A DNA stretch of 64,000 nucleotides from Bacillota bacterium (lineage in GTDB: Bacteria; Bacillota; JAAYKD01). The notes beneath the pieces are model-generated. The model saw only the letters and a program-made list of their open reading frames with translations. It was not told the DNA's origin and made no database searches. Below, piece after piece: positions 32,260-41,399 of this stretch (the first letter of the stretch is position 1; every line of letters starts with the position of its first letter). Position numbers and translations under genes: made by a program. The stretch covers positions 1,280,001 to 1,344,000 of the forward strand of contig OY762825.2 in the NCBI GenBank assembly GCA_963666425.2. The letters run 5' to 3'.

Positions 32260-32727
32260 CTAAGCTAATTCGTAAACCAAACCGACGGCAGACAGAGGGG
32301 GACTGAACTGCAGCGTCCCCTTGACTTCCCGTCGAAATTGAAACTGAAAACTTTCATAGAGAGCAATGGCGGGAGAATTCCCCGCCAGCACACATACCCG
32401 CAGAGGCCGTTTGGTTCGGTTGATGATCCAGAGCAATAAGATTCGCGCCAAGCCCTGTCGATAACGCTGCGGCTGGATATAAAGCCAGGTCAGCTCCTGT
32501 GCCGCCACTGCGGCAAAACCGACCGGCTGATTCGCTTCCGTAATCACCCAGACTTCACCCGTAAACAATTTCTCCGTCTCATAACAGTCTGCTAGGTGAA
32601 GAAAACCCTTCTCGAGACCGCAGCGTAACAGCTCGTCCCGGCGGGCAGCATCATAAATCGCGGTGAGATACACCCAATCGGACGCTTGGTAGCGTCGGAC
32701 AGCGGGTGCCGGGCTTGGTTTGATCAT
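32260..32727 (-). CDS. GNAT family N-acetyltransferase
   Basis: LTWLYIQP.RYRQGLAR, GNSPAIALYESFQF. Confidence 0.8.
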   Translation of the reverse strand: MIKPSPAPAVRRYQASDWVYLTAIYDAARRDELLRCGLEKGFLHLADCYETEKLFTGEVWVITEANQPVGFAAVAAQELTWLYIQPQRYRQGLARILLLWIINRTKRPLRVCVLAGNSPAIALYESFQFQFRREVKGTLQFSPPLSAVGLVYELA

Positions 32728-32767
32728 TCCTAACGGTTGTCCGCAGCCGCTTTGGTCAGGGGGCAGC

Positions 32768-33958
32768 CTACTCATTTTCTGGGCGAAGCAGCTCACTTAA
32801 TTTGGACAGACACCGCAGAGCTTCCGCTAAAACTTCTAAATCACGGGCAAAATGCAATCGGATCAAATGATTCACCGGCTCCTGAAAGAAGCTGGAGCCC
32901 GGAACTGCCGCAACGCCAATCTCTCGAATCATCCATTCGCAAAAGGCCAAATCACTCCAACCGGTAAATTGGGGCAGCGCCAGAAAATCAGCAATATCCA
33001 CCAGGATAAAATAAGTGCCCTGCGGAAGATTATGTTTCAATCCGATGCGGTCTAATCCACCGCTGAAAAAATCACGTTTTTCGGTGTAAATGCGCTGCAG
33101 CTCCTGATAATAATCCGGTCCAAAACCCAAGCCAACCGTTGCCGCCTCCTGCAGCGGAGCCGGCGCGCCGACCGTCAGGAAATCATGCACCTTCTTGGCG
33201 GCTTCGACCACTGCTGCCGGTCCGATCAGATAACCCAACCGCCAGCCGGTCATGGAATAGGTCTTGGATAAGGAATTGCAGGTGATCGTTCGCTCAAACA
33301 TTCCGGGTAAAGAGGACAGGTAGACATGCTGAAAAGGCTGATAGACGATATGCTCGTAAACCTCGTCTGTGATGATAAACGCATCATACTGTTCCGCCAG
33401 CCGTCCGATCAGCAGCAGCTCTTCCTTCGTGAAAACCTTGCCGCAGGGATTGGATGGATTGCAGACGATGATCGCTTTGACATTCTGACGGAAGGCCTGT
33501 TCCAATTGTTCCGGGTCAAAACGGTATTCCGGCGGAGTCAGGGCGACATAAATCGGTTCGGCTCCGCTGAGAATGGCATCGACCGCATAATTTTCGTAAA
33601 ACGGCGAAAAAACGATCACCTTATCACCGGGATTACAAACCGTCATCATGGCAGCCATCATCGCTTCTGTGCTGCCGCAGGTAATGACGATCTCTGTTTC
33701 CGGATCAATGACACGGCCGATGGCTGCGCTTTGTTTTTTTGCTACAGCATCCCGTAAATTTTTAGCGCCAAAAGTGATGGAATATTGATGCGGGCCTTGT
33801 ATGGCAGCCTCAGCCAGAGCCGCCTTAATCGCCTGATCCGGACCAAAATCCGGAAAGCCTTGGGATAAATTGATTGCATCACATTCATCACTGATGCGAG
33901 TGACTCTGCGAATCACAGAATCGGTAAACGTAGCGACTCGTCTGCTTAATTGCGGCAT
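32768..33958 (-). CDS. Class I/II PLP-dependent aminotransferase
   Basis: NLSQGFPDF, NPSNPCGK, TDEVYEH, SLSKTYSMTGWRLG. Confidence 0.92.
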   Translation of the reverse strand: MPQLSRRVATFTDSVIRRVTRISDECDAINLSQGFPDFGPDQAIKAALAEAAIQGPHQYSITFGAKNLRDAVAKKQSAAIGRVIDPETEIVITCGSTEAMMAAMMTVCNPGDKVIVFSPFYENYAVDAILSGAEPIYVALTPPEYRFDPEQLEQAFRQNVKAIIVCNPSNPCGKVFTKEELLLIGRLAEQYDAFIITDEVYEHIVYQPFQHVYLSSLPGMFERTITCNSLSKTYSMTGWRLGYLIGPAAVVEAAKKVHDFLTVGAPAPLQEAATVGLGFGPDYYQELQRIYTEKRDFFSGGLDRIGLKHNLPQGTYFILVDIADFLALPQFTGWSDLAFCEWMIREIGVAAVPGSSFFQEPVNHLIRLHFARDLEVLAEALRCLSKLSELLRPENE

Positions 33959-34037
33959 CGTAATTCCTTCTTTCTGCCCATTCTTTCTGATTTCTGTTCG
34001 GGAAAGTCCTTCTTTTCTCTCTATGCGTCTCGTATTC

Positions 34038-34487
34038 CTACCTGTCTGATGATTTGCTGCCGGCATTTTTCAGCAGCCAGATAATCGCCTCTCGATAGCC
34101 GGCAAAACCAAGTCCCTGAAAGCTGGCTGCACAAGCCATGCCGGCATAGGAAATCTGCCGAAACGCTTCCCGCTGGTCAATCTGTGTCAGATGCACTTCC
34201 ACTGCGGGTAACCCCACCGCTTTCAGCGCATCCAAAATGGCAATGCTGGTGTGCGTATAGGCGCCTGGGTTGATCACGATGCCGTCACAACATCCATCGG
34301 CCTGCTGGATGACATCGACCAAGTCGCCTTCGTGATTGGATTGATAAAGCTCGACACTGATTTGATTTTCCGAACAGACGCTGCGGATATAGGCGAGTAA
34401 ATCGGCATAAGTCTGCCTGCCGTAAATTTCCGGTTCGCGGCGACCCAATAGATTGAGATTAGGGCCGTTGATGACTAAAATGTGCAT
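34038..34487 (-). CDS. aroQ: Type II 3-dehydroquinate dehydratase
   Basis: NGPNLNLLGRREPEIYG, QSNHEG, NPGAYTHTS, EVHLT. Confidence 0.95.
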   Translation of the reverse strand: MHILVINGPNLNLLGRREPEIYGRQTYADLLAYIRSVCSENQISVELYQSNHEGDLVDVIQQADGCCDGIVINPGAYTHTSIAILDALKAVGLPAVEVHLTQIDQREAFRQISYAGMACAASFQGLGFAGYREAIIWLLKNAGSKSSDR

Positions 34488-36150
34488 CAAAATACTCCTT
34501 CGCTAAATTGACTGCAGCGGCTAAACTGCCGTTGTTATCCACTAAGACTAGAGCGATATCCTGATAAATCGGCGCTCTGACTGCATACATTTGCGTCAAG
34601 GCGGCTTCGCTCAAGGAGAGCGGTCGGCCCTCCCGGCTCAATTTAGCCAGATCACGCTGCAGCCAGACCAAATAGCCGTTTTGCTGCAGGGCATTGCGGT
34701 TCTGCTGCCGCAGGACGGAGCCGCCGCCGGTGGCAATCACACAGCCGCTGACCTTGCCCAGACGCTCGATCACATTGGTCTCGATATCGCGGAATTCTGC
34801 TTCTCCTTTGTCAGCGATCAATTGTGCCACCGACATTCCCTGTTCCTCTTCGATCCTTTCATCGCTGTCAAAAAAGGTTCGCTGCATTTTTTCAGCCAGC
34901 AGGCGGCCAACACTGGTTTTACCGCAGCCGGGCATGCCGATCAGAATCAGATTGCTCAGGCTATGGCGCATCTGTTGCAGAATCTGCTCCATTTTCTGCT
35001 CGCTGATCGCCGATTGGCTGAATAATTCCGCTGCGGCTTTCGCTTGAGCAACCAACATCGGCAGCCCGTTGGTCAACGGGATCCGCAGCTGCCGCGCCTG
35101 TAAAAGCAAATCGGTGGCCAAAGGATTATAGATGACATCAATCACACCCCGGCAATTGGGAAATTGACGCAAATCCAGCAGTCTGGTTCCATTGTTGGGA
35201 AATGTTCCGACCGGCGTCGTATTGATAATCACCTCGGTATCCCGCTGCGCAGCCAAATTCTGATAATGAATGGGTCCACTGCGGGAGACATGGCAGATCC
35301 GACTGGCGCCGGAATCCTCTGCCAGCATATGTGCCGTGCGGGAAGTAGCGCCGGTCCCCAAGATCAGCACTTTACGCCCCTGCAAGCGAATACCGGCCTG
35401 CTGTTTGCAGTATTCTAAACCGGCGTAATCGGTATTATGTCCATAGAGACTGCCGTCATCCCGACGATAAATAGTATTCACCGCGTTGATTCTCTGCGCC
35501 AATGGAGATACTTCCCGACAAAATTCCATCACGCTCTGCTTATAAGGGATCGTTACATTCAGGCCGCGAAATTCTGCTTTTTGCATGAATTCCTGCAGTT
35601 GTTCGGGAGGGATATCAAACAATTGGTAACCATACGCCGCCAGCTGCCGGTGAATCATCGGAGAATGACTGTGATGCAGATGGTAACCCAATAAGCCGAA
35701 GGGAGCCTTGCTCTCAGCGAGAGGCTGCTCGGCCGGCATCGATCGTTCTTCTCTGCCGGTGGGCTGCTCGATTAACACCGCTGCAAGCTTCGCTATTTCT
35801 GCCTCTTGGTTTTGTTCTTCCGCAGCTGTATCCTGTGCTTCTGCCGCTTGGTCTGGCAGCGCCTGCATCGTCTCTTGCTCCGAATTCTTTTGCTGCAGCG
35901 TTTGCTGATAAGCACGGCTCAAGCTGAAAATCGTTTCATACAGCGCGGCAATCCCAGCGGCACAATCGGGCTCCTGCGCTTTGGTCAGGCGCTCAACAAC
36001 ATTGGCTTCCCGGGCAGGATCGAATACAGGCAGTTGTCTCGCTTGTTTATAAGCGGCAATCGCTGCGACAATTTCCATCCGCCGGCAAAAAAGCGCGGTC
36101 AGCGTATCGTCAATCTCATTCAATTGTTTGCGATAAGTTTCCAGATCCAT
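34459..36150 (-). CDS. Trifunctional chorismate mutase / shikimate dehydrogenase / shikimate kinase fusion
   Basis: CM domain: RKQLNEIDD..R..K..PVFDPARE. AroE: HSHSPMIH, NVTIPYK, NTD, GTGATS. AroK: GMPGCGKT, FRDIE, ATGGG, RPL. Confidence 0.88.
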   Translation of the reverse strand: MDLETYRKQLNEIDDTLTALFCRRMEIVAAIAAYKQARQLPVFDPAREANVVERLTKAQEPDCAAGIAALYETIFSLSRAYQQTLQQKNSEQETMQALPDQAAEAQDTAAEEQNQEAEIAKLAAVLIEQPTGREERSMPAEQPLAESKAPFGLLGYHLHHSHSPMIHRQLAAYGYQLFDIPPEQLQEFMQKAEFRGLNVTIPYKQSVMEFCREVSPLAQRINAVNTIYRRDDGSLYGHNTDYAGLEYCKQQAGIRLQGRKVLILGTGATSRTAHMLAEDSGASRICHVSRSGPIHYQNLAAQRDTEVIINTTPVGTFPNNGTRLLDLRQFPNCRGVIDVIYNPLATDLLLQARQLRIPLTNGLPMLVAQAKAAAELFSQSAISEQKMEQILQQMRHSLSNLILIGMPGCGKTSVGRLLAEKMQRTFFDSDERIEEEQGMSVAQLIADKGEAEFRDIETNVIERLGKVSGCVIATGGGSVLRQQNRNALQQNGYLVWLQRDLAKLSREGRPLSLSEAALTQMYAVRAPIYQDIALVLVDNNGSLAAAVNLAKEYFDAHFSHQRP

Positions 36151-36206
36151 TTTATCCTCCCACTCTTGCTTTGCTGCAGGTGAAGCAAACCCGCTCTGCC
36201 GGGCTG

Positions 36207-37334
36207 TCAGCGAAGCTCCTGGCGCAGAGGTTTCCCGCGTTCCGCTTGATGACCTTGATCTGCTAAGAGATAATCCAACAGTACCGCGGCCAGCACCGAT
36301 TCCACACAAGGTGTTGCCCGCAAGGCGATGCAGGGATCATGCCGGCCGGAGATGGTCAAAACAGTATTCGTTCCCGTCTGCAGATCGACCGTTTGCTGCG
36401 GCTGCGCGATGGAGGCGGTCGGTTTGAAGGCAACCCGAACCAGGAGCGGCATGCCGGTAGTAATGCCGCCAAGCACGCCGCCGTGATGATTGCCGGCGGT
36501 CACAACCTTGCCTTCCTGCATGCACCAGGGATCGTTATGCTCAGAACCACGCATTCTGGCTGCGGAAAAACCGCTGCCAAACTCCACGCCGCGTACGGCC
36601 GGGATCGCAAACAAGGCTGCGGCCAGGCGGCTCTCGATTCCGTCGAAGATCGGATTGCCCCAGCCGCCCGGTAAACCGACGGCTGCAGCTTCAATCACAC
36701 CACCAACGGAATCTCCTTCGGCAGCGGCCTGCCGGACCTGCTGCAGCATGGCGCTGCCGGCTGCAATATCACAAAACGGCATTTGCTGACGCTGCAGCTG
36801 CGCTAATTGTTCTGCCGTCACCAGCACCGGAGAAAGCGGCTGATCCGCCGCATTGCCGATGGCGGCGATATGGCCGCCGATTGTAATGCCGTGCCGCTGC
36901 AAAATCTGCAAAGCAACCGCACCGGCAAAACAAAGCGGCGCCGTCAGGCGGCCGGAAAAATGACCGCCGCCCCGCAGATCCTGAAAATTATGATAACGTA
37001 AAAAAGCGGGATAATCGGCCTGAGAAGGCCGCGGATAGCGGCGAAATTGCTCATAATCCGCTGATTTGACATCCTGATTGCGGAAAATTGCACATAGAGG
37101 CGCTCCACAGGTCGTCTGATCCAGCAAACCGCTGAGGATCTCGGGCAGGTCGCTCTCGCTGCGGGCAGAAGTCAGCTCTGTTTGTCCGGGCGAGCGACGC
37201 CGTAGGAAGTTTTGTACCTGCTGCCAATCGATCTGTTCTCCGGCCGGTAAGCCATCCATCACAACCCCCACCGCCGTGCCGTGTGATTGACCAAAAATAC
37301 TGATGCGCAATAACTTGCCAAACTCAGAGGACAT
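36207..37334 (-). CDS. aroC: Chorismate synthase
   Basis: FGQSHG, RGGGHFSGR, GGVLGGIT, KPTASI, GRHDPC. Confidence 0.94.
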   Translation of the reverse strand: MSSEFGKLLRISIFGQSHGTAVGVVMDGLPAGEQIDWQQVQNFLRRRSPGQTELTSARSESDLPEILSGLLDQTTCGAPLCAIFRNQDVKSADYEQFRRYPRPSQADYPAFLRYHNFQDLRGGGHFSGRLTAPLCFAGAVALQILQRHGITIGGHIAAIGNAADQPLSPVLVTAEQLAQLQRQQMPFCDIAAGSAMLQQVRQAAAEGDSVGGVIEAAAVGLPGGWGNPIFDGIESRLAAALFAIPAVRGVEFGSGFSAARMRGSEHNDPWCMQEGKVVTAGNHHGGVLGGITTGMPLLVRVAFKPTASIAQPQQTVDLQTGTNTVLTISGRHDPCIALRATPCVESVLAAVLLDYLLADQGHQAERGKPLRQELR

Positions 37335-38598
37335 CGTATTTACCTCCCAATGCCGCATAATCCAAAAAGAAATCCGGATAAGATTTTTCGATCGCCTGCG
37401 CGGATTGAATCGTCACACAGTTTTGCGCAAAACAAGCCGCGATCGCCGCTGCCATCACCATGCGGTGGTCCGCGTAGCTATTGACCAGACCACCTGTTAA
37501 AAAACCCCGGCCGGCAATACAGAGCGTATCACCGTCGTCTGCTAAAAAAGCTCTGCCGCCCAGCGCTGCCAGCATCTCGAGGATTGCCTGCAGACGATCG
37601 CTTTCTTTCAGGCGCAGCCGTCTGACATGCTGCAGGCGGCTCTCTCCCTCAGCGGTGGCGGCAAGTACAGCGAGCAGCGGCACCAAATCGGGGATTTGCG
37701 CCGTATCAGCCGTGAAGGGCCGCAGCTTTTCCCGCCTCGCTGTCACCAGATTGGATTTTAGGTTTATGTTGACGCCGGCAGACTGCAGCAGGGTTGTAAT
37801 TGCCCGGTCTCCCTGTGCAGAAGTCAGGTTCAAACCACGCACGTGAATTCCTGTCTGGCTGCAAGCGCCGCCTACCAACCAGCAGGCCGCGTTGGACCAA
37901 TCCCCTTCCACTGCGACCCAACCGGGAGAATGATAGCTTTGTCCGCCGCTGATCTGATACCCATGCGGCAAGCGTTGAATCCGCACACCAAATTGAGCCA
38001 TAACGGCGATGGTCAAGTCAACGTAACCGGCCGATTCCAGCGGTGTCGTCAATTCAATGCGACTGTCTTGGGACAGCAAAGGCAGAGCCAGTAAGAGTCC
38101 GCTGATATATTGGGAGCTGATATTGCCGGGTAAATAAAAATCACCCGGCTGCAGCTGACCGCTTAAAGTAAAAGGCAGCGCATCTTGACTGAAAGCACAG
38201 CCATACCGGCTCATTTGCTGCTGCAGATCCGCCAACGGGCGCTGCGGTAATCTGCCTTCTCCCGAAAAATCAGCCGTTACGCCCAACGCCGCGGCCAAAG
38301 GCAGGAGAAAGCGCAGGGTTGTGCCGCTTTCCTGACAAGGCAGCGCAGCCGAACGGACAGACGGATTCTGCCGCAGCGGTGTAACACGCAAACTATCCGG
38401 CTCCGTTTGTTCAAATCGAGCACCGAGATTTACCAGACACAGCAAAGTGGCTGTCAAATCACGATTGCTGCCGTTAAGACGCAATGAAGTTGGCTGGTCC
38501 GCCAGTGCCGCCGCGATCAGGCAGCGATGCGCCGCGGATTTGGAAGGGATTGCCGCCAGTTCGCCGCTCAGGCTGTGCGGTTCGATTCGTATCTCCAT
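37324..38598 (-). CDS. aroA: EPSP synthase
   Basis: PSKSAAHR, ESGTTLRF, SSQYISG, RLKESDR, DHRMVM, KSYPDF. Confidence 0.95.
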   Translation of the reverse strand: MEIRIEPHSLSGELAAIPSKSAAHRCLIAAALADQPTSLRLNGSNRDLTATLLCLVNLGARFEQTEPDSLRVTPLRQNPSVRSAALPCQESGTTLRFLLPLAAALGVTADFSGEGRLPQRPLADLQQQMSRYGCAFSQDALPFTLSGQLQPGDFYLPGNISSQYISGLLLALPLLSQDSRIELTTPLESAGYVDLTIAVMAQFGVRIQRLPHGYQISGGQSYHSPGWVAVEGDWSNAACWLVGGACSQTGIHVRGLNLTSAQGDRAITTLLQSAGVNINLKSNLVTARREKLRPFTADTAQIPDLVPLLAVLAATAEGESRLQHVRRLRLKESDRLQAILEMLAALGGRAFLADDGDTLCIAGRGFLTGGLVNSYADHRMVMAAAIAACFAQNCVTIQSAQAIEKSYPDFFLDYAALGGKYDVL

Positions 38599-38662
38599 CT
38601 GGATCCTCCTGCTTTTTTATCACCCGCGCTAAAAAACGAAAAGGCCAAAAACCTGATGAATT

Positions 38663-39730
38663 TTACTCACTCTCCGTCAGGGCAGCCTGCAGCCACTCTT
38701 CCAGTTCCGTCATGGCAATTTGATGTAAACAGCATTGCCCGATTTGCATCGGTAAAACCAAGGTCAGACGATCCCCGCTGCGCTTTTTATCGTGCAGAGC
38801 AGCGGCAGCCAGTTGTGCTGCCGTATAAGGATAACGCAGCGGCAATTGCTGCAGCTGCAGCAAGTCGGTCAATTCCTGAAGCAGCTCCGGCGCACAGATG
38901 TGCTGCTGCACTGCCGCTTTGCTGATCAGCCACATCCCGGCAGCGACCGCATGACCGTGACCGATCGTGTAATTGCTGCAGCTTTCAATGGCATGCCCAA
39001 TCGTATGACCAAAATTCAGCAACTGCCGCCGCCCCGCCTCCCGTTCGTCTGCCATGACGATCTCCGCCTTGATTTCCACACAGCGGGCAATGATTTCCTG
39101 CCATTGCTCAGCTTGGTTTTGGGCGGACAAACGCCGAAAAAGCGGTGCATCCGCGATCAAAGCGGTTTTAATCACTTCCGCCAAACCGTCGCGCCAAACG
39201 GCAGCGGGTAGGCTGATAAAGGTATCGGTGTCACAAAAAACCGCTTTGGGCTGCCAAAAGGCACCAACCAAATTCTTGCCTGCCGGCAAATTTATCGCCG
39301 TTTTGCCTCCTACCGAGGAATCGACCGCCGCCAGTAAAGTGGTAGGCAGTTGGATATAGTCGATGCCGCGCATGTAGAGAGCGGCGGCGAAACCCGCTAA
39401 ATCGCCGGTCACTCCGCCGCCCAACGCCAGCACCGCGTCATGGCGATTCAGCTCCGCCGCGGCCATCGAGTTGAGCAAGCGAAATAAAACCTCTGCGGAT
39501 TTGGCAGACTCTCCCGCTGAAAAAACAAATTGCTCACAAGAGAAGCCGGCTGCCCGCAGCCGATGCAGCAATTCGGCACCATAGAGCTGATTTACCGTCG
39601 TATCACAGACCAGCATCAGCTTTCGGCCGGAAAACGTTTGCCCCAGATAAGCCGGTAGATCTGCCAATAAACCGGAACCGATATAAACCGGATAAGCAGG
39701 CTTGGTTTGGATGCTGATTTTATTGATCAT
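38663..39730 (-). CDS. aroB: 3-dehydroquinate synthase
   Basis: GGGVTGDLAGF, PTTLLAAVDSSVGGK, LNFGHTIGHAIE. Confidence 0.95.
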   Translation of the reverse strand: MINKISIQTKPAYPVYIGSGLLADLPAYLGQTFSGRKLMLVCDTTVNQLYGAELLHRLRAAGFSCEQFVFSAGESAKSAEVLFRLLNSMAAAELNRHDAVLALGGGVTGDLAGFAAALYMRGIDYIQLPTTLLAAVDSSVGGKTAINLPAGKNLVGAFWQPKAVFCDTDTFISLPAAVWRDGLAEVIKTALIADAPLFRRLSAQNQAEQWQEIIARCVEIKAEIVMADEREAGRRQLLNFGHTIGHAIESCSNYTIGHGHAVAAGMWLISKAAVQQHICAPELLQELTDLLQLQQLPLRYPYTAAQLAAAALHDKKRSGDRLTLVLPMQIGQCCLHQIAMTELEEWLQAALTESE

Positions 39731-40580
39731 CTGCCAACCTCGTCTGCTTCCCTGTCACACTGCGCAGCTGCGTCAGTGCAGCCATCAGTTGACGAAATTC
39801 GTCCGGGTTCAAGCTTTGTTCGCCATCACTCAGTGCCTGCTCCGGATCCGGATGCATCTCCAGCAGCAAACCATCCGCACCGGCCGCGGCAGCCGCCAAA
39901 GACATCGGTAAGACCAGACTTCGGATGCCGGTGCCATGGCTGGGATCCACGATGACAGGTAGGTGACTCAGTTTTTTTAATAAGGGAACCGCTGCCAAAT
40001 CGAGCGTGTTGCGCGTGATCGTATCATAGGTCCGGATGCCGCGCTCACAAAGAATCACATTTGGATTTCCGCCCGCCAGCAGGTATTCGGCGCTGAAGAG
40101 CAGTTCCTGCAGGGTCGCACTCAAACCGCGTTTGAGTAAAATCGGCTGCCGGCAGGCTGCCAGCGCCTGGAGCAGCGCATAGTTCTGCATATTGCGCGTG
40201 CCGACCTGCAGCACATCCACCGCAGCAAAAAAAGGAATTTGCTCTGCGGCTGTGATCTCGCTGACCACCGGCAAACCCTGGCTCCTGCCGGCAGCCACCA
40301 GCATGGCGATGCCTTTCTCACCGATGCCCTGATAACTATACGGTAAGGTTCTCGGTTTATAAACACCGCCGCGCAGCAGTCCGGCTCCGGCTGACCGGAC
40401 CACCCCGGCCGCTACACTGATTTGAGTGGCTGACTCCACCGCGCAGGGACCGCCAATCACCGCAAAATGACCGCCACCGAACGCCGTTCGGCCAATGCGG
40501 ATGACTGTGTCGGCTTGCTGCGGTTTTCTTCCGGCCAGCGGGTAGCAATCGGCAATCTGCCGCAAATCATTCTCATTCAT
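39720..40580 (-). CDS. aroF: DAHP synthase class I-beta, catalytic barrel only
   Basis: GPCAVES, RGGVYKPRT, RNMQN, LKRG, CERGIRT, DPSHG. No N-terminal ACT or CM domain. Confidence 0.9.
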   Translation of the reverse strand: MNENDLRQIADCYPLAGRKPQQADTVIRIGRTAFGGGHFAVIGGPCAVESATQISVAAGVVRSAGAGLLRGGVYKPRTLPYSYQGIGEKGIAMLVAAGRSQGLPVVSEITAAEQIPFFAAVDVLQVGTRNMQNYALLQALAACRQPILLKRGLSATLQELLFSAEYLLAGGNPNVILCERGIRTYDTITRNTLDLAAVPLLKKLSHLPVIVDPSHGTGIRSLVLPMSLAAAAAGADGLLLEMHPDPEQALSDGEQSLNPDEFRQLMAALTQLRSVTGKQTRLADDQ

Positions 40581-40750
40581 AAGTGCACTCCCTTTGGCAC
40601 AAAATTCATATAAAAGACAGCCTTGCAATGAAAACCACTGCCAGGCTGCCCAAATTTCCTGAGAAACCGTCTCATTCTCTGCTTTTCATCGCATGCTACC
40701 CTGTTCGTTACCGCACAGTGAAATTCCTTTGCTTCCCAGCCTGAAAGGAA

Positions 40751-41347
40751 TCAATAGCCCAATTCTTCATCGATCAGAATGATTTCATAATGCGCCACCC
40801 CATTGGGCTTGCGTTCAAAAATCGAGGTTACCTTACAGATGCGGCCCGGACTGTCGCAGTCATAACACTTGTCCGCCTTCACCGCACAAGGGGTAGCACA
40901 GTGCAGACGCTGCGCGTTGAGCGGAGCCGCGATATTTTTTGCTCGCCAAAGCGCTTGACTCAAATCAGCTACGACTTTATTTTTGCCAACCACCAAATAA
41001 ACGCTCTGAGAACCGAAAATCGTACCGGCGACCCGGTTGCCGGAGCCGTCAATATTGACCCATTCTCCCGTTTCCGCCATGCCATTGACGCTGGCGATAT
41101 AAACTTGAGCCGTTCTGGCAGGCAGCAAGGCTGCAGAAGTCTGCGTCCAATGCCACAGCACACAATTCTTCACCGCCAGTGCCTGATCTAAACCCATTTG
41201 TTTTGTGGTCATCGAGCCGCCGAAAGCGACTGTTTTACCTTGAATTTGTTCTGTCAGGTAAGCGGTCGCTGCTTCTTTGTTGGCAAACAAGGAAACCTGA
41301 TAACCTCTTTTAATCAGATTTTCCCGGGTTGTTTCTAAATTTGCCAT
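40751..41347 (-). CDS. LUD-domain (lactate utilization LutC-like) protein
   Basis: GGSMT, NIDGSGNRV, GKNKVV, AAPLNA, CYDCDSPGRIC, EELGY. Confidence 0.8.
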   Translation of the reverse strand: MANLETTRENLIKRGYQVSLFANKEAATAYLTEQIQGKTVAFGGSMTTKQMGLDQALAVKNCVLWHWTQTSAALLPARTAQVYIASVNGMAETGEWVNIDGSGNRVAGTIFGSQSVYLVVGKNKVVADLSQALWRAKNIAAPLNAQRLHCATPCAVKADKCYDCDSPGRICKVTSIFERKPNGVAHYEIILIDEELGY

Positions 41348-41399
41348 TTTTTCTCCTTCTTTCTTATTGGTCAATCCTGGCAATTTTGCCTGCTCTTGC

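Noticed and set aside
40581-40750. Possible T-box ahead of the aro operon
   Set aside because: No AGGGTGGNACCGCG-type T-box motif and the region is too short.
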